Shown here: in pieces, positions 25,770 through 39,300 of the stretch
Position numbering within the stretch: the stretch's first letter is position 1
Layout: every line of letters starts with the position of its first letter
NCBI RefSeq assembly: GCF_910592395.1
Contig: NC_088308.1
Coordinates: 2,480,001-2,544,000 of the forward strand
Length of the DNA stretch: 64,000 nt
Direction: 5' to 3'
Source: Lineus longissimus
Taxonomy: Eukaryota
The notes under the pieces: model-generated
Told to the model about the DNA's origin: nothing
Databases searched by the model: none
What the model saw: only the letters and a program-made list of their open reading frames with translations
Program-made: the position numbers and the translations under genes

Positions 25770-26927
25770 ATGGAGGCAAAGGTAGGGAGCTTGAGCCCAA
25801 AGACCTTGAGCTCGATACCCCGGCTGCATCAATTGTTATGTCATAAGACAACATGACAATTTCTGTTCCTTCTGTGTACATTAAGGTCTGTACGTTCGTG
25901 ATACGTTGATGCCTTTCAAAGGCACTATCATGGTGTAGACTATTCACAAAAAACGGGCGACCAGGGGATTACAACTTTGACTCCCGTTCTCTGGTTGTGG
26001 GCTGGCCTCTCCTCCGCCCACTCACTTATACTGGATTATCGATATCCGAGCGAGGTAACCAATTTTCAAAACATTGATGGGTTTCTTCTTCTTTTCCAGC
26101 TATCAAAAGACCTCAGTGCCTATTGGCGCGCAGCAAGCACAACATTTTAATATTTTTACCTTGAGCTTTTCCAAAGGTGTTTCTGGAGACCGGTTTTATA
26201 ATTGCGTAATGGCGGATTTTAGAATACGCCGGAAGTCACCCAGGATAAACAAAGATGGACAATTGGTTTGTGTCAAATTGTTTCCAGAAATTATGATTTC
26301 TTGGATATTTCTAGTCATTAGTTGACCAAGTTTTATCTGATGTTTTAGATACAGTTTATAACCTAAGTTCATGATTCGATTTTTGTTGAGCAGTTGTGGA
26401 TTAATGCAACAGATTTTGCCAGTGGGCTACAGACGATGCTGCAAATGACATCTGTGTTTGGAGAAAAGAACTGAATTTCTGCAGGAAATGCACATGGATG
26501 TGGATGCGCTGTTTTATGGAAGGAAATGCAAGGGAAATCTGTAAATTTGAGCTGGATTTATTCCAAGCAATAATATCTTGAGTTTGGCAGCATTTTGGAT
26601 ATGCAACACCAGGAATTATGCTGTCTTTGATTAATGTGTGAGGTTAAGGCAGGAGTAGTTGAGGTAAACAAGACGAAGGATATAGGTGTACTTTTCTGGA
26701 AGATATTTCGATGCCCTTCTTCTAAGAAACCCGCTAACCAGAGCGTCGCCTGGAATGTCTAAGATATTTCGGATTAAAGTCTCTAAAACAGGCTGACCTA
26801 GAAGTTACAATGTATCTCAAGGCAATGACAGTGTTATCAAAGCAAGAACAGTGTCATCCATGGAAATCACAGTTTAATTCAAGGGAAGGCATCAACACAT
26901 AACATTTGTGAAAGCTTTTCGCACTGC

Positions 26928-27377
26928 TGTGACCGGTACACTTCATTGCCGATCATCATTTTATCACCCTTACTGCTTTAAAAAATCATAACTTCCATTG
27001 TTGATATCCGCATTTAAAACTATGATACCTTTCCTTGAATTAGGTGTAGTTTTTTTTCAGGCCTGCTCTTTTTTGTTAATAGGCAGGCTTCGCAATCCGC
27101 GGTCCGGGTCCGCAGTACGAATAACGAAGTACGCCGTACGAATATCTGAGGTGTCATCAAGTCATTTCCGCTTCACTCATGAATCCGGGAAATGTTCAAA
27201 AAAATTGTCGATGAAGAGCATTTCCATATACTTCGTACATCGTTTTTCGTAGGTATTCGTAAGGGTTGTGAAACCTTCGAAACGTTCGACGCGACATCCC
27301 AAGGTATACATCTTTACTAAGTTTTGTTTTCACTTGATAAACTCATGGCGGTACTGGAAACACAAGGACCGGTTACA
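26928..27377. mobile_element. MITE-like element containing a nested family-2 MITE
   Basis: Imperfect termini TGTGACCGGT/ACCGGTTACA, with the family-2 copy at 27082-27277 inside. Confidence 0.45.
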
Positions 27378-30300
27378 TAAAGATGCTACAAAAAGGTGGC
27401 GTGGTGCCGGTGGGCGTGATATCCATTTCTTCCGTTTCACTTACGATACAGATGCTTGCGTTTGGGATATCATCACCGTGTCAAAAGTGTCAAAGGAAGG
27501 TTTTAGATCATACATGTACATGTGTGTCAATGAGGAGCGTCGGTCTTGGGATATCAAACGACCAATAAGTTCCCAGCAATGCCTGTTCGTTTGGAAGACG
27601 AACGGCAGGATACCATATTTGCTTTACTTTACTGGCGATAGATGGCAAAAAGGGATGCCGGATGCAAATGTAAATTTTAAATTCTGATCATTCAAATCAA
27701 AATTCTCTTGGTCCTTGAGGTCGCAATAATTTTGCCTTCTGTTGATGCAATCACTCACGGCGAAATGTGTGCCGCAAAGCAAATATACCCTAACAAGGTG
27801 TTTGACAGGGGCTTTTCAGAAGAAGAGTAAATGGCGAAAGTATTCCCCACCGGGCAGAGCAATGCCTGCATTTTGAGTTCAGTTGTTGTGGGTGCGTTAA
27901 GCTCACTCAGAGTTGAGATGATAGAGTACAAATAAATGTCGCGTCTCCTTTTAGTTGGTTTACATGGACGCTTTTCTGCGTGATGTAATGGCAGAGGATG
28001 ATGGGATTAAACAAACCATTTTAGCTTTGGATGACGTGCAATGCCAGTGGCAGGAGTAAACTTCTGGCTATATGCTGATCGAAGCTTTTCGTGTAAGATT
28101 ACAGTTGAAGCTCTATAAAAAGTCAAATCGTGTCTAAAACTGTATCCTCATCTGTTTTGGTTTTTGATTTGAAAGCAAAGCAATTTATGTACATGTATCA
28201 TCAGTTGTAACATATACCACTGGTATAATCTACAAAGCCCTCTCTCCATAGTGTGAACGCTGGCGTTCCCGTAAACCAACTAATAAGATCGACGAAAAAT
28301 ATCTTTATCTTGCCTTTCGTTACGCAATAACATTCTTCTTCTTGTTCCCCCAGTTTTGTGTTTTATCTCATGCACCTGGATGTTGTCATGAGTCATGCAT
28401 TCACTTGTCAGTGGTGATGTGATGTGATTTTGCCATTTGAACAAGTCGTAGGCCTATATAACTATCTTTTTCTCTCTTTCTTGTTCTGCACGTTTCACAA
28501 GCAGTTATCATAAAAAATGTACAGTTTTTGAGGAATTTTCATATAGGCTGCAGTTCAGTTGATGTACATGTGATGCATGTGATGCTCAATTTTTATGTGC
28601 ATTGTGCTTTTAGGCAGTACAGTGTTACTGCATTGGTGTGATAAGTTTCCGACGATGACTTTGAAGCTATCACGTGTTGGCATTTTTTCATTGATGGGAA
28701 ATTTGATATTCGACTATTTGGTCCTCGTGAGGAAGTAACCGCTGAATGCTGGCGTTATATCATCAATTGAACTGTAGCCGACAGCAGTTGATCCTCCTGA
28801 AATCTTCCCACCTTTTGCCAAACTGTATTTATTAGCCAGTGCCAAAAGCTCGAACCACGACTTCTTCGGAGGGTCGAGATTTTACTCAGACAACATTGTT
28901 TACCTAACCAGCTTAACCTACTTCAATGGATCATTCATAACTGTGTCAATTGAAACAGTTTACTCTGATTGGATAACAAACATTCTGATCGAATTGAATG
29001 CCCGTTTTAACACGCAATTAACACATTTTATAAAAGCTTTTCTTCATCAATCTTTAAACATTATATAGTATACTATCAACTCATCTTCTATGTTCCATGT
29101 CAAAATGGTCAAGCTGTAAAATCCTACGCAACAGTGAATCATACGCATGCTCAAAATGACTCCGCACGTGATATTTGATACTCGATTTTCATTGGTCAAT
29201 TCTGAAGACAAGTTTCGGTCATACATGTACATAGTCGCGTCGATATCAGTGTAACGTTTTTCCGTGTTTTCCATCATTACTTGGGAATGGAGAAAGACCC
29301 GTGTTTCTCTGTTTCTCCTTACTAAAAATACAATGTAATGGGGTCTTGCTGACTGTCGTATCGAAACACTAGAAGGAATATGAGGACCAACCAAAAAGGT
29401 TACACCGGTGTTGGTATTTAATGGATTACCGAAAAAAACGTTCTAACTTTTTGCCAGATTTTGACTAGAGAGATAGGAGCGCACTGGCTCCGTGTCGAAA
29501 AAATATGAAAACATTTCATACGCATAATATACGCTATTTGCGCGTTTTCTGTATAAAAAAAGGTTTCCAGTTCAATAGATATGCCGATAATACTGCATAT
29601 ATGATATCGACATCACTGTTTGAAATGGACGTCCTTCAATGCTGCCGTGATCATTTTGGCATGGACATCTTCGCCTTTTCTTCCATGTCAATCTATAAAT
29701 AGTGCACAAGCGTTTGTGGTGAAACAGTTCTTTAAGTGAAAAATGTCACATATTATGCACATCGTAGTTTCATCTTAAACAAAGCCATAGACAGTGTGCA
29801 ATAGTTCTAGGGAATGCCACGGTCTTGCGCCTGTTTAGGGTGAGAACGACGCGAAGATTTGCGACTTTGGCCAGTCTTGGTTGTACCGTATTTTTGTAAC
29901 CATTAGTATAGTGAGGACTATTTTTCTCTAAATTACTTTAACATTTGTAATTCAAAATATTGTATAGTTTTCATATTTCGCTGTATCTTGTTTAATGCTG
30001 TTGGGTCAGGTTCTGTAATCGTCCTGTGATAAAATTAATACGAAAGATGGCGTACCACAATTTCATAGTTCGGTTGCTCCACGGTATTGGTAAAACTGGT
30101 TCTACCACAACAATAACAACAACACCATGGCTACAAACCAAACTAGACTGATCGGCGCCCCCTCCCCACTCTCTTTGGGACCGTTCAGAAACATCGTGTA
30201 GCTGAAACTAAATATGGCGTGGCTGATCCTGAGGGAGGGATAATTCATCATGTGAATTTGGGGATTAGATATTGTGAGGTGATCATGATTTGGGCCTTGT

Positions 30301-33300
30301 AAAATAATCTTTCCCATGCTGCACAACAGTAATAACGAAAATAAGAAATACCAAATGTTTTTGAGGAGAATTCTTGCTATTGTAGATTTGACAAGCATAT
30401 TATTGAAAACACTTCGATTTGTTCTTGCCTTCGTTGACATCCCGTACAACCAAGGCATTCTGAACTGTCTAGGTTGATAAAAGCCTTCGCCGCCTAATCT
30501 GGTGTAATCAACAAAAGTTGCTTTATCTAATTGCATAACTCTTTCATATTCTATAAATATGCCTGAATTTACGAAAAAACAACTGGTTTTAGCCGATCGT
30601 ATTTGAATTCACACTGTATGTGCTGTCCAAACAATTAGTGTCAATCAATACTTCTTTCTCATACCTCATTAATAGTTACTTGAAAAACATTGTAAAGGCC
30701 TCACGTGTGTACCTGAAGTGTTTTGGAATAACCCAACAAAAGAAGTACAAAATGGCAAATGTCAATTTCTGGCCTTACTCGCACAAGCATGATATGGTTG
30801 ACAATAGTTGTATATGTACATTGACATGGCCATGGACTGGTCTTACTGTATAGTCCCGTGGCCATGTATCATACCTACTGAAGTTGAAATCCACAGGAAG
30901 TCTATGGAAAGCAGTTTCAAATCACGAACTGGTAAACGTGTATCGAGTCTAAGAGAGTGAAAAAATTAACTTTTCTAATGATTGTGAAAAAGAAGCAATT
31001 TCAAAAAATTTCGACAACGAAACATCACCAACCTTTTGGACTTCTTTAATGTGAAAAGATTCCGTATCCTTCAGGTGTGCATCAAACTACGTTTTTAAAT
31101 GTGCTAATTTTAATGGGATATTAATTTCTTTTCAAATAATGGGTCAGACTGACTGGCAATGCACAAAGCTTTCATTTCTGTGTCATGCGGCAACCTTTTT
31201 CTGGGCTCCAAATCTATGCTAAGACGCTCCTTCCAACTGTTGTTAACGTGGCTGTGAACGCTGGACGATAACACACGGCCGAGGAATACTTTTAACACAA
31301 CGCGGGTTTTCAGTTTTTTTAAATCAACAACAACAAATGCACTTCAGAGGGACCAATGTCTTCTGTTCTCATCGCGTCACAATTGGTACGATGCGCATTT
31401 CAGCCACGAGAAAATGTCATATCAGGTCAAACATTCAGATTCTCAGCCATTTTTCTATGATCGTAAAATATCTGGCGACTTAGCATCAAAGAGGTTGCCC
31501 TTGTTGAGGAGGCTGCCTTGCCGGTCGTGTTCAACCCTTCATCAGTTCGGGAATACGAGTATACATTCTTGTCTTGTTTTATGTGTTATATCACTTGCTT
31601 CAAACTAGTTCAGCCGATCTTTGCTGGTGTATGCTTTTAGGCATGTTGAGTAAACTAGGCTATATCTCCCTGGTAGCTTTTAAACTAGCGTATTGGCCGG
31701 GGCTCGCCGAGCATTATCAACAAGGTGCAATGATGAAGATTTGAAAATGAGTGTTGTTCATTAAGGGGACATTCCTGTTTGTAAAATATGAGCTCATGGA
31801 GATGACTGTGGGTATGGTTGCCATTTTAATCAAAATTTATATTAAATTCAAAACTTGTGTCAGCGTTCAAAGATTGATGTTTTTGGTTGAAGTGCGTTTT
31901 TTTCCATGCTGTGCATGGATGATTCGAAAAGCGAAGCCGAGAGAGAAGTGAACTGCTGACAGAAACCTGGCGCAAAATTGATCAGTTTTTTAAAGCTTTT
32001 TCATAAAGAATGTACAGTGTATGTACAATGCATGTCTGTACGAACAAGTACTTTCTATCACTATTTCGAAGGCTGCTGCTAAGCACTGCTTTCATCGGCG
32101 CAGTGTTAAAACAATGTACATGCAGTGGTTGCTATATACAGTCCTTATTCATTTTCCAAGATTCTTTCGAGTTTGATCCGGTCATGAAACGTACAAACTA
32201 AAGTCGAAATTGACTAAGAACAGAGTCAATTGGTGTTTCCTATAAGCACCAAAACATGCCACATGTCCCTTCAAAGTCGCCTTTGTCTTAGTACAATCAC
32301 CCACCTTCACCAAGCCTTCACATTTATGAATATTGTCATTTTCTACGTCTTTCGATATGCTTTTTTATCATCCACAAGGTATATTGTTTTAACCTAAACG
32401 TGTTCACTGTTACACCAAATTGTACACAGTAATGTTCGTCTTCTTTTTATATCTATATATATGTAATATATGACGAATTTTTCGATTATTAAACTTCATG
32501 CATATTGTAATTTGCATACGACTTTGAGTGTTCATGCATTTCCTGTTGACGGCACGGCTTGGGTCACATGGAGTGTCTGTTATTGTCAAAAGGAAGGTCA
32601 ACGGAGGTTGACGGTTTGCACACTCCATCTAACGAACTCCAAAAAAAGAAACACGATCGAAGGAATGGTCTCCCAAGTCCCAAATCTGTTCCAAATTGGG
32701 AACGGGTATATTTCGTACATAACGAGCACAAAATGCAAGTTTTGTCCATTATACTAGTATTTATGCGAGATTTCTGACCCAAGCAGGCCAAGTACCTTTC
32801 AGCAGATGTTACATCCACTTTATCATCCTAACTATCTTCCAGCATCACCGATGCCCGATTTTGCTAATGATGCAAGAAATACGAGTAGACATCGGCTCAA
32901 TCAATGTTAATTATTTCTATTCTGTACGCTGCAACTGAAATTAGAACATGCGTCAATTGGTCAGAGGTTATCACACGTAACGGGTTCGTCAAGGAAGTAC
33001 GCTGAAGGTCCCAGATCGAGGCAAATTCGGTGTTCATCGGCTGCTGCACATCGTTTTCTGCTTGCATGGAGATGACGATTGTCGTCTGAGCTCAAATGAA
33101 CACTACTTTTAAGGTTAAAGTTTACAATAGTCCGAATGTAACTTGTAGATAACCACAGTTTTATTTTTTAAAACTTTCTTTGGAGTGATAGCTATACATT
33201 TTCCTCAGTTTGGTAATGGATAATCATAACAACCTGTGCGAGCAGATCACCGAATGGAAAAATACAACTGGTAATTGAGAACTATTAAGAAAGGTAAGTC

Positions 33301-34637
33301 TTTAGTTCATTTTCCAAGTACCACGAGCTGACATGTCTTGATATGGCAGTATATTCACTGTGGCTCCGGTTTCTGCCTACCTTCCATTACAAATCACAAT
33401 TTTCTTACAGGGCAAATCAAAAATGTCCCATGTGACGCTCAGCTTTGGTGTAGCACCACCCTTACGCTCAAATAATGGAGTTTGTTTAGTGTATGCAATG
33501 ACGAAAACGCATTTTTGGGTCCCCTGTGGATAAAACTGCTGCCAGGTGCCACTGTTCCTCTGCATGCAGTGTATACCATGGTTACGTTAACGGCACCCAG
33601 TTGTTGGGATTTCACTGCAAAAAGCTAGTCGTGGTATATAGTCAGGCGAATATTTCGAGAAAATTGAGTTTCTCACGTTTTCGGAGCTAATATTTGTTGA
33701 CTTTCGCAAATAGGTAACGATTCCTGTAAGTCCTAGCTATGATCTCAGTGTAAAACATTGGTCTTGGTTTTCCTGATGCATCTCCCATTAGCCTCATTCT
33801 GTGTTATGTGCATTATCTTACCATGGCACTCGGCCATTTCTCGGAATAGCATTCTAAAGTCGGGTTCTCTCATATATGGATAGTTTCCTTTTTACCAACG
33901 AGTCGTTGGTAAAACCATCCATCGTTGCTAATACCATCCAGAACCTAATGGGTTAATCAACCCCTCTCAAAGAAAAGGAAAACGCAGCTGTAACAACGTC
34001 TCATTTGAGAAGAAAAAGAGAATGATACTTAGATATATATGAGCGTTCACCTGTGTCTTTCATTTACTGATTTTATGTGGATATAAGCCATCTCTGAGGT
34101 AATAACACATCTCTGACAAATCGTTCGGAAATTACACCATTTTCTATGAGTGCATGGGTAATTAAGGAACATTACATGCAAAACAGCAAAGATTAATTTC
34201 ATTATCATGAGTGCCTCGTATATACATATATCATTACACTAACGACGAGTTGAAAATAATCTATACCTGGAACCAGGGCTCCGCTGTTCAATTAAAGCAC
34301 CGTTGTCTCCCAACGGTCGTCTGGCAGTTGAAATATAAATAAGACGTATATACAGTATTCACACGAAAAATGGCTTCCAGCAGGACTGTTAATCTTCCAA
34401 ACAGGATCATGGAAAAATCATTAAACTACCCGAACTAGAAATAGCAATACACGTATGCTGGGTCTTCAAGTAAACTTTAAGGCGGATGGCAGAGGCCCAT
34501 GAGGTGTGGTCATTTTTACCAGGCGCCGTAAGGCGTGAGGTTTTGAAAAGATCTCAACACACAAATGTTCTTCCTCGATGTGACAATGCCTTGTCTCCAG
34601 TCCTTACCATACCCTAGGTTCTGAATCGAGATAGTAC

Positions 34638-34701
34638 ATGTATGTACCAATGGATGCAATGTATGTACCAATGGAGGCAATGTATGTACCAATGGAGGCA
34701 A
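34638..34701 (+). repeat. 21-bp tandem repeat, three copies
   Basis: ATGTATGTACCAATGGAKGCA repeated three times in the intron just upstream of the copy B coding exon. Confidence 0.9.
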
Positions 34702-34774
34702 TTTCACGTATTCCTACAGTGGTACATGTAGTTCTTCACAGACCAGCTTGTCTAATGTTTATATTTCAAGGAAG

Positions 34775-36118
34775 ATGCCTTTGGACACAAGCAACAACCA
34801 GCTCTTCAAAGTCTTCCGGACGAAACGGCTGATCCTGGACCCATTCTTCATTATCATCGGTGTCTCATGCTGCGTTCTTGCTGCACTATATCTTGAAAAT
34901 ATGTAAGTATAAGGCAGTATCATCCATATAAGGCAGTCATCCACAAAGGAAAAGTAATGATTCTGACTAATACGCCTGAATTATCTCATACTCATAGCGA
35001 CACAGAGAGCAGGTGGTTATCTTGCTGCTGGATTGTCAACCTCAATGTTTCAATTCCCTTGAGTGATGAGCCAGGAACGACACATATCATAAAAGGTATT
35101 TTCCTTACCAGTTCTACGGGATCGTTAATTACCAATACATACACGTATTATTCTATTCAAAAGCAACACTTTGTCCTAAGGTGAATGAAATACACTTTCT
35201 TTGCTTTTGAACATATTTATCCAGTCTGGAGTGAATTTCGAGAATTTTGCTATTTCTAATTTAGGTAAATAAATGTATTTTCTCATCAATCGGTGATTTA
35301 AGGTATGCCCGTGTCGGTGTGTCACTCCTGGCTGCTTGCTGGACTGTTGGTGCTATCAGTATGCTCTGTATGCACAGTCAACCGCCAGAGACAGGGGTGG
35401 TCACCAGCAAACCAGAGGAAGAGCAGCAACAGATCGTCCAAGAGGCCAATGTTGACATCGTAAGTAACGTAGGTCGAACATGAACGGGGGTCAAGGGAGC
35501 ATGAAGTGGTATAAAGGAGATAATGTGCAGATTGATACTCATACTTACTTGATATTTTGGGGGCTGGCTTGAATATTCAGAAATGGTCTTAGATCGGAGA
35601 TAAACTAGAATAAATAAACAAGGCACTGAACAGGTTGAGTTGTAATTCTAAAAAGTCTTGGTCAGAGAATATCCATGATTGTAATAGAAAATACGCCAAA
35701 AACTATCATTTACAGATGTTGCGCTAGATTCAGTTCCATTTAAAGTTTCTTGCAATTGTCAAAACGATCATGACCAAGAAGTAGGTTGTATACATGTAGT
35801 AGCTTTATGGTTAAATGAAGCATATGTTCTGTGCCACCGATTCTGATTGCTTATTAATTGGCTGAGTTGATTCTCGTTACGCACCATTTGCTAAATCGTC
35901 CCAAGGAAGCCATAATCGATATAACGTTTGCTCAAAAACCTTTATTTCTTTAAGTGATACAAACATTTCTAGCTCGAATCACGTTAACTGTCACCAGTTC
36001 ATATTGGTTCATGTATGTTAGTACTGATTCAGGATAGACCAATTCCATGGTCAAGTTCAAGTCAACGTGCGTGCACATCCTTGACAATATTTCAATTCTT
36101 TTTCAGACCGTGCTCTAG
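34775..36118 (+). CDS. Small 2-TM protein, array copy B; exons 34775-34902, 35303-35459, 36107-36118; about 98 aa
   Basis: MPLDTSNNQLFKVFRTKRLILDPFFIIIGVSCCVLAALYLEN-M-YARVGVSLLAACWTVGAISMLCMHSQPPETGVVTSKPEEEQQQIVQEANVDI-TVL*. GT-AG sites and phases are consistent, and it is clearly homologous to copies C and D. Candidate 5' UTR donor AAG|GTAAGT at 33294; AATAAA at 37342. Confidence 0.88.
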
Positions 36119-36146
36119 GACATGACATAGATAGAGTTGTCAATAC

Positions 36147-36359
36147 GCAGGTTTCGCAACCCTCACGAAGAGCTACGAACGACGAAGTGAAATGTAATGA
36201 ACTTTGGACAACTTTTTTTTTAATCCCCGATTCCTCGCTGTACAACTAAGTATAGAAGACGACTTACGGATATCTCCTTTTCGGAATAAGCGCATCTCTT
36301 GATGACTCAACAGACCTTCGTTATTTGTTCTTCGTCGCTCGCGGAGTTTCGAAACCTGC
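36147..36359. mobile_element. MITE family 2 copy; related copies at about 19003-19215 and 27082-27277
   Basis: TIR GCAGGTTTCG.../...CGAAACCTGC. The subterminal ACGAAG-rich motif (GCAACCyTyACGAAGA) recurs at 19.0 kb and 27.1-27.3 kb. Confidence 0.65.
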
Positions 36360-39300
36360 CTATGGCGGACAGCGAACGATGGACCAAGACAGTGGCCGTC
36401 GTGCAAATTATATCGTCGAGGACCGAATGACTCTAAATTACAATGGAATCCAGCTGTCTTCGTAAAGATTCGTTAGAACCTATTTCTGAGGAAGCCGTAA
36501 CATACACAGATGCAGTACCAACATTGTGTCAATGACTAGCGAAAAAACCAAATGCGCACAATAAGTTTTCAAAAGGAGTTTGACTGATCACCCACAAAAG
36601 CGACCAGCTCTGCCGTGGCAGTATCATGAGCGGACTCCTTTTTTACGTTAATGTTTGGAACAAAGAATGATTAGAATACTAGCAGCCAGTTGAGAAGCCT
36701 ACATGTATTTCATTTGGCACGTTTGTAAAATACATGTCGTATTGATGTCAATAGCCGGGGTAATAATGTGACGCTCTGTGGGCGATGAAACTGCATTGGA
36801 CATGGAGCTATAATCTTATTGTTATCATTATCATTATCAATCAATGTATGTATCAAAATCAGCGACAATTACTGACAATAAGCAGCCTCTTTGCTGTCCT
36901 TATCTCTTTTTTCGACATAAGACACTGCATACCACTGTCGCCCTTTCACTCTAACTATATGCAACTTGTATATCTCACTTCCGGAATCCTGCACTCATTT
37001 TCCCAAGACTTCGACAACACAGAATGAAGAGTCCTGCGTCGTCGATATACAATTTCAGGAAGCACTTTATAACCAAGTTTTTGTCTTGTACAACTTGTCA
37101 GAAGCGTTAGACATGTTAGAGATTGTCTTCAGCGGGGAGAGATACTTTGCGTCTATGTCCTCCGCGTGTTGTCAGTGTTTTGACAGTGTGCATCTGTGCA
37201 CAACCAATAACTTTTCTACATACATGTACTAGTAGTGTTGTAAACACTTGTCTTGAACGCGTACGTCATGTCTGTGTAACTGTGGTATGGAATGATGTAC
37301 ATTGCATGTACCGTAACATATGTTGCATTTTGTAAGTTGCGAATAAAGTATTGTTAAAGTGGTAGACTAAATTCCAATGCTTCTTTTCGAGGTTTTTAAG
37401 AATAACCTTGGAACTGTTGCTTCAAGAGATATCTTACAGCTTTCCTAGTTCCCCCAGTGGAATCGTTCATCGAACTTGGCATCAGTTCTTATCAATTTTG
37501 CCCTGTGGGGTATCACTATACAACGCGCAGAACAGTAAAGAAAATACTACTACACGATGACTTACGCACTTGTGCCTCATGGTTAAGTCAAGCACCAATC
37601 AGTTTAAGGCAATACGATCAATACTATGTATTCAGTTTCGCTTGAGGAAAAAGCAGCCTTCAGTGATGGCGGTCGGCTCGTATGCCACACGGGGACCAAT
37701 CGATGCATCGGTTAAGCGTTTGGTTGTAGTAGGTGCCGATCGCTCCAGCACAGTTTTGCATTACGGGGTACGTTACGTCTCTTTGAGAGGAGGAAAGTGG
37801 TGCCATCCATGTGTAACCAAAGGCTATTGGTTCAATTTGCTGATCCCATGATATGGGGTGAATTGATAGGCTCGCAGTCCAGTTGGGGTTGAGTGGGAGA
37901 CAATCTGGCCGATCGCCCTAGCACTGATTCGCAATATACGTATATATACGACGTATGTTGGTCCGGTTCTTTAATTGATGTGGTCTTACTTATTGTACCT
38001 TGCATATAAATATTCCTCTTGAGGTTAGGTACGTGCCTTAACTGTTTGACAGCAGAGACGCCAATCCCTTAACAGCACACAGATAGTTTAGCAGCTAAAA
38101 TTCAGTTTACCGATTATGCCAAGGCATCATTCTATCAAGCCAGATGTCAAGATTGAAGGTGCGGAGTGGCCGCCCCTCCATCTCCGCTGGGATGGATATA
38201 AGTAATCAATAATAAAATGACGGCCTTTGCATGGGTACTATCAGCGACAACGTGATATACCATCGCTGGTTGATAAAAATATCTGCGAGCAGGTCGTGCA
38301 AAATAACAGATTAAAACATATAGTGACACTGGTCTATATTAAACTCATCCGCTGTTAAATTGATAAATCGATGACGTTGCCTAGAATGAGATTTTCAGAA
38401 ACAATCATGGGAATAAACCGTCCACAGCGGAAAATGTCGATGATGCAATGCACTAGGTCGATGTACACAAAAACATACAAAAAATGATTTCGTGGCCGTG
38501 GTTACTAGAATTAAGAAATACAAACTTCAATGAAATCCGACCAGTAGTTGGCGCTAGAGAGCCCAACTGATGCTGACATAACATTTACGAATGGACTTAA
38601 AAGAAGGAGTGAATTAATGAAACCGCGAACGGCGACATCGAAATATCATTGAAAGTGACAGTATAAGAGACAGTAAATCACACTAATGAGTGAGAACACC
38701 AAATTGCATGCGCTCAAAGATAATGAAGACTGTTGGGACTAACCGCGCGGATGGAGCTCAGTGCAATTATTTTTTAAATTATTTCTACTGTCTGAGATTA
38801 CATTTAAGTCGTCGTCTACTGTTCGGGTCGCTCAGAGTGGATCATTCGATTGAGCTGTAAGGTTCAGCGACTCGCTAGGATAACGATGACCGAAGAAAGA
38901 ACGCTTGGATGAAAAGAGCAAGATACGCCTTTGATTCAAGTTTAATCGACATTGCTACTGTTTGGATCGTTTGACTGCAATATGGGGCTCAGCGACGCCA
39001 TGACTGCAACCGAAGAACTGGGATATGTTTTGTTTTAGTTCGTAGAAAGAGAGATAAATATTTTAAATTACAATGCTACTGTTCGTTGGTAGATATCATT
39101 CGACTGATCTACAAGGTTCAACAGCGTGCAACTTATAGCGAGGCGTGCAACGGAATACTTCGGATTGAAAGATCTATGCTCACAAAGGTAAAGAGTAAAA
39201 CTCGACACGTGACAAAGGATTATGCCTTGGTCTCCAAAGGCCTAGGTTTAGCAAAAGACATTTCTGCTATGGTCTCGCGTGTCAAACGGATTTAATGTTC

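Noticed and set aside
22035..25824. Possible minus-strand RFamide/NPF-like precursor (…SSQVR|FGR… through a phase-2 intron from 25567 to 22181)
   Set aside because: The intron position mimics NPY/NPF genes, but there is no start codon or clear signal peptide, the NPF tyrosine spacing and RxRF motif are missing, and the same DNA reads better as a + strand terminal exon (25665-25769).
30102..30536. 144-aa minus-strand ORF with hydrophobic stretches
   Set aside because: No recognisable motif, splice context or similarity to the 2-TM family; compatible with a chance ORF.
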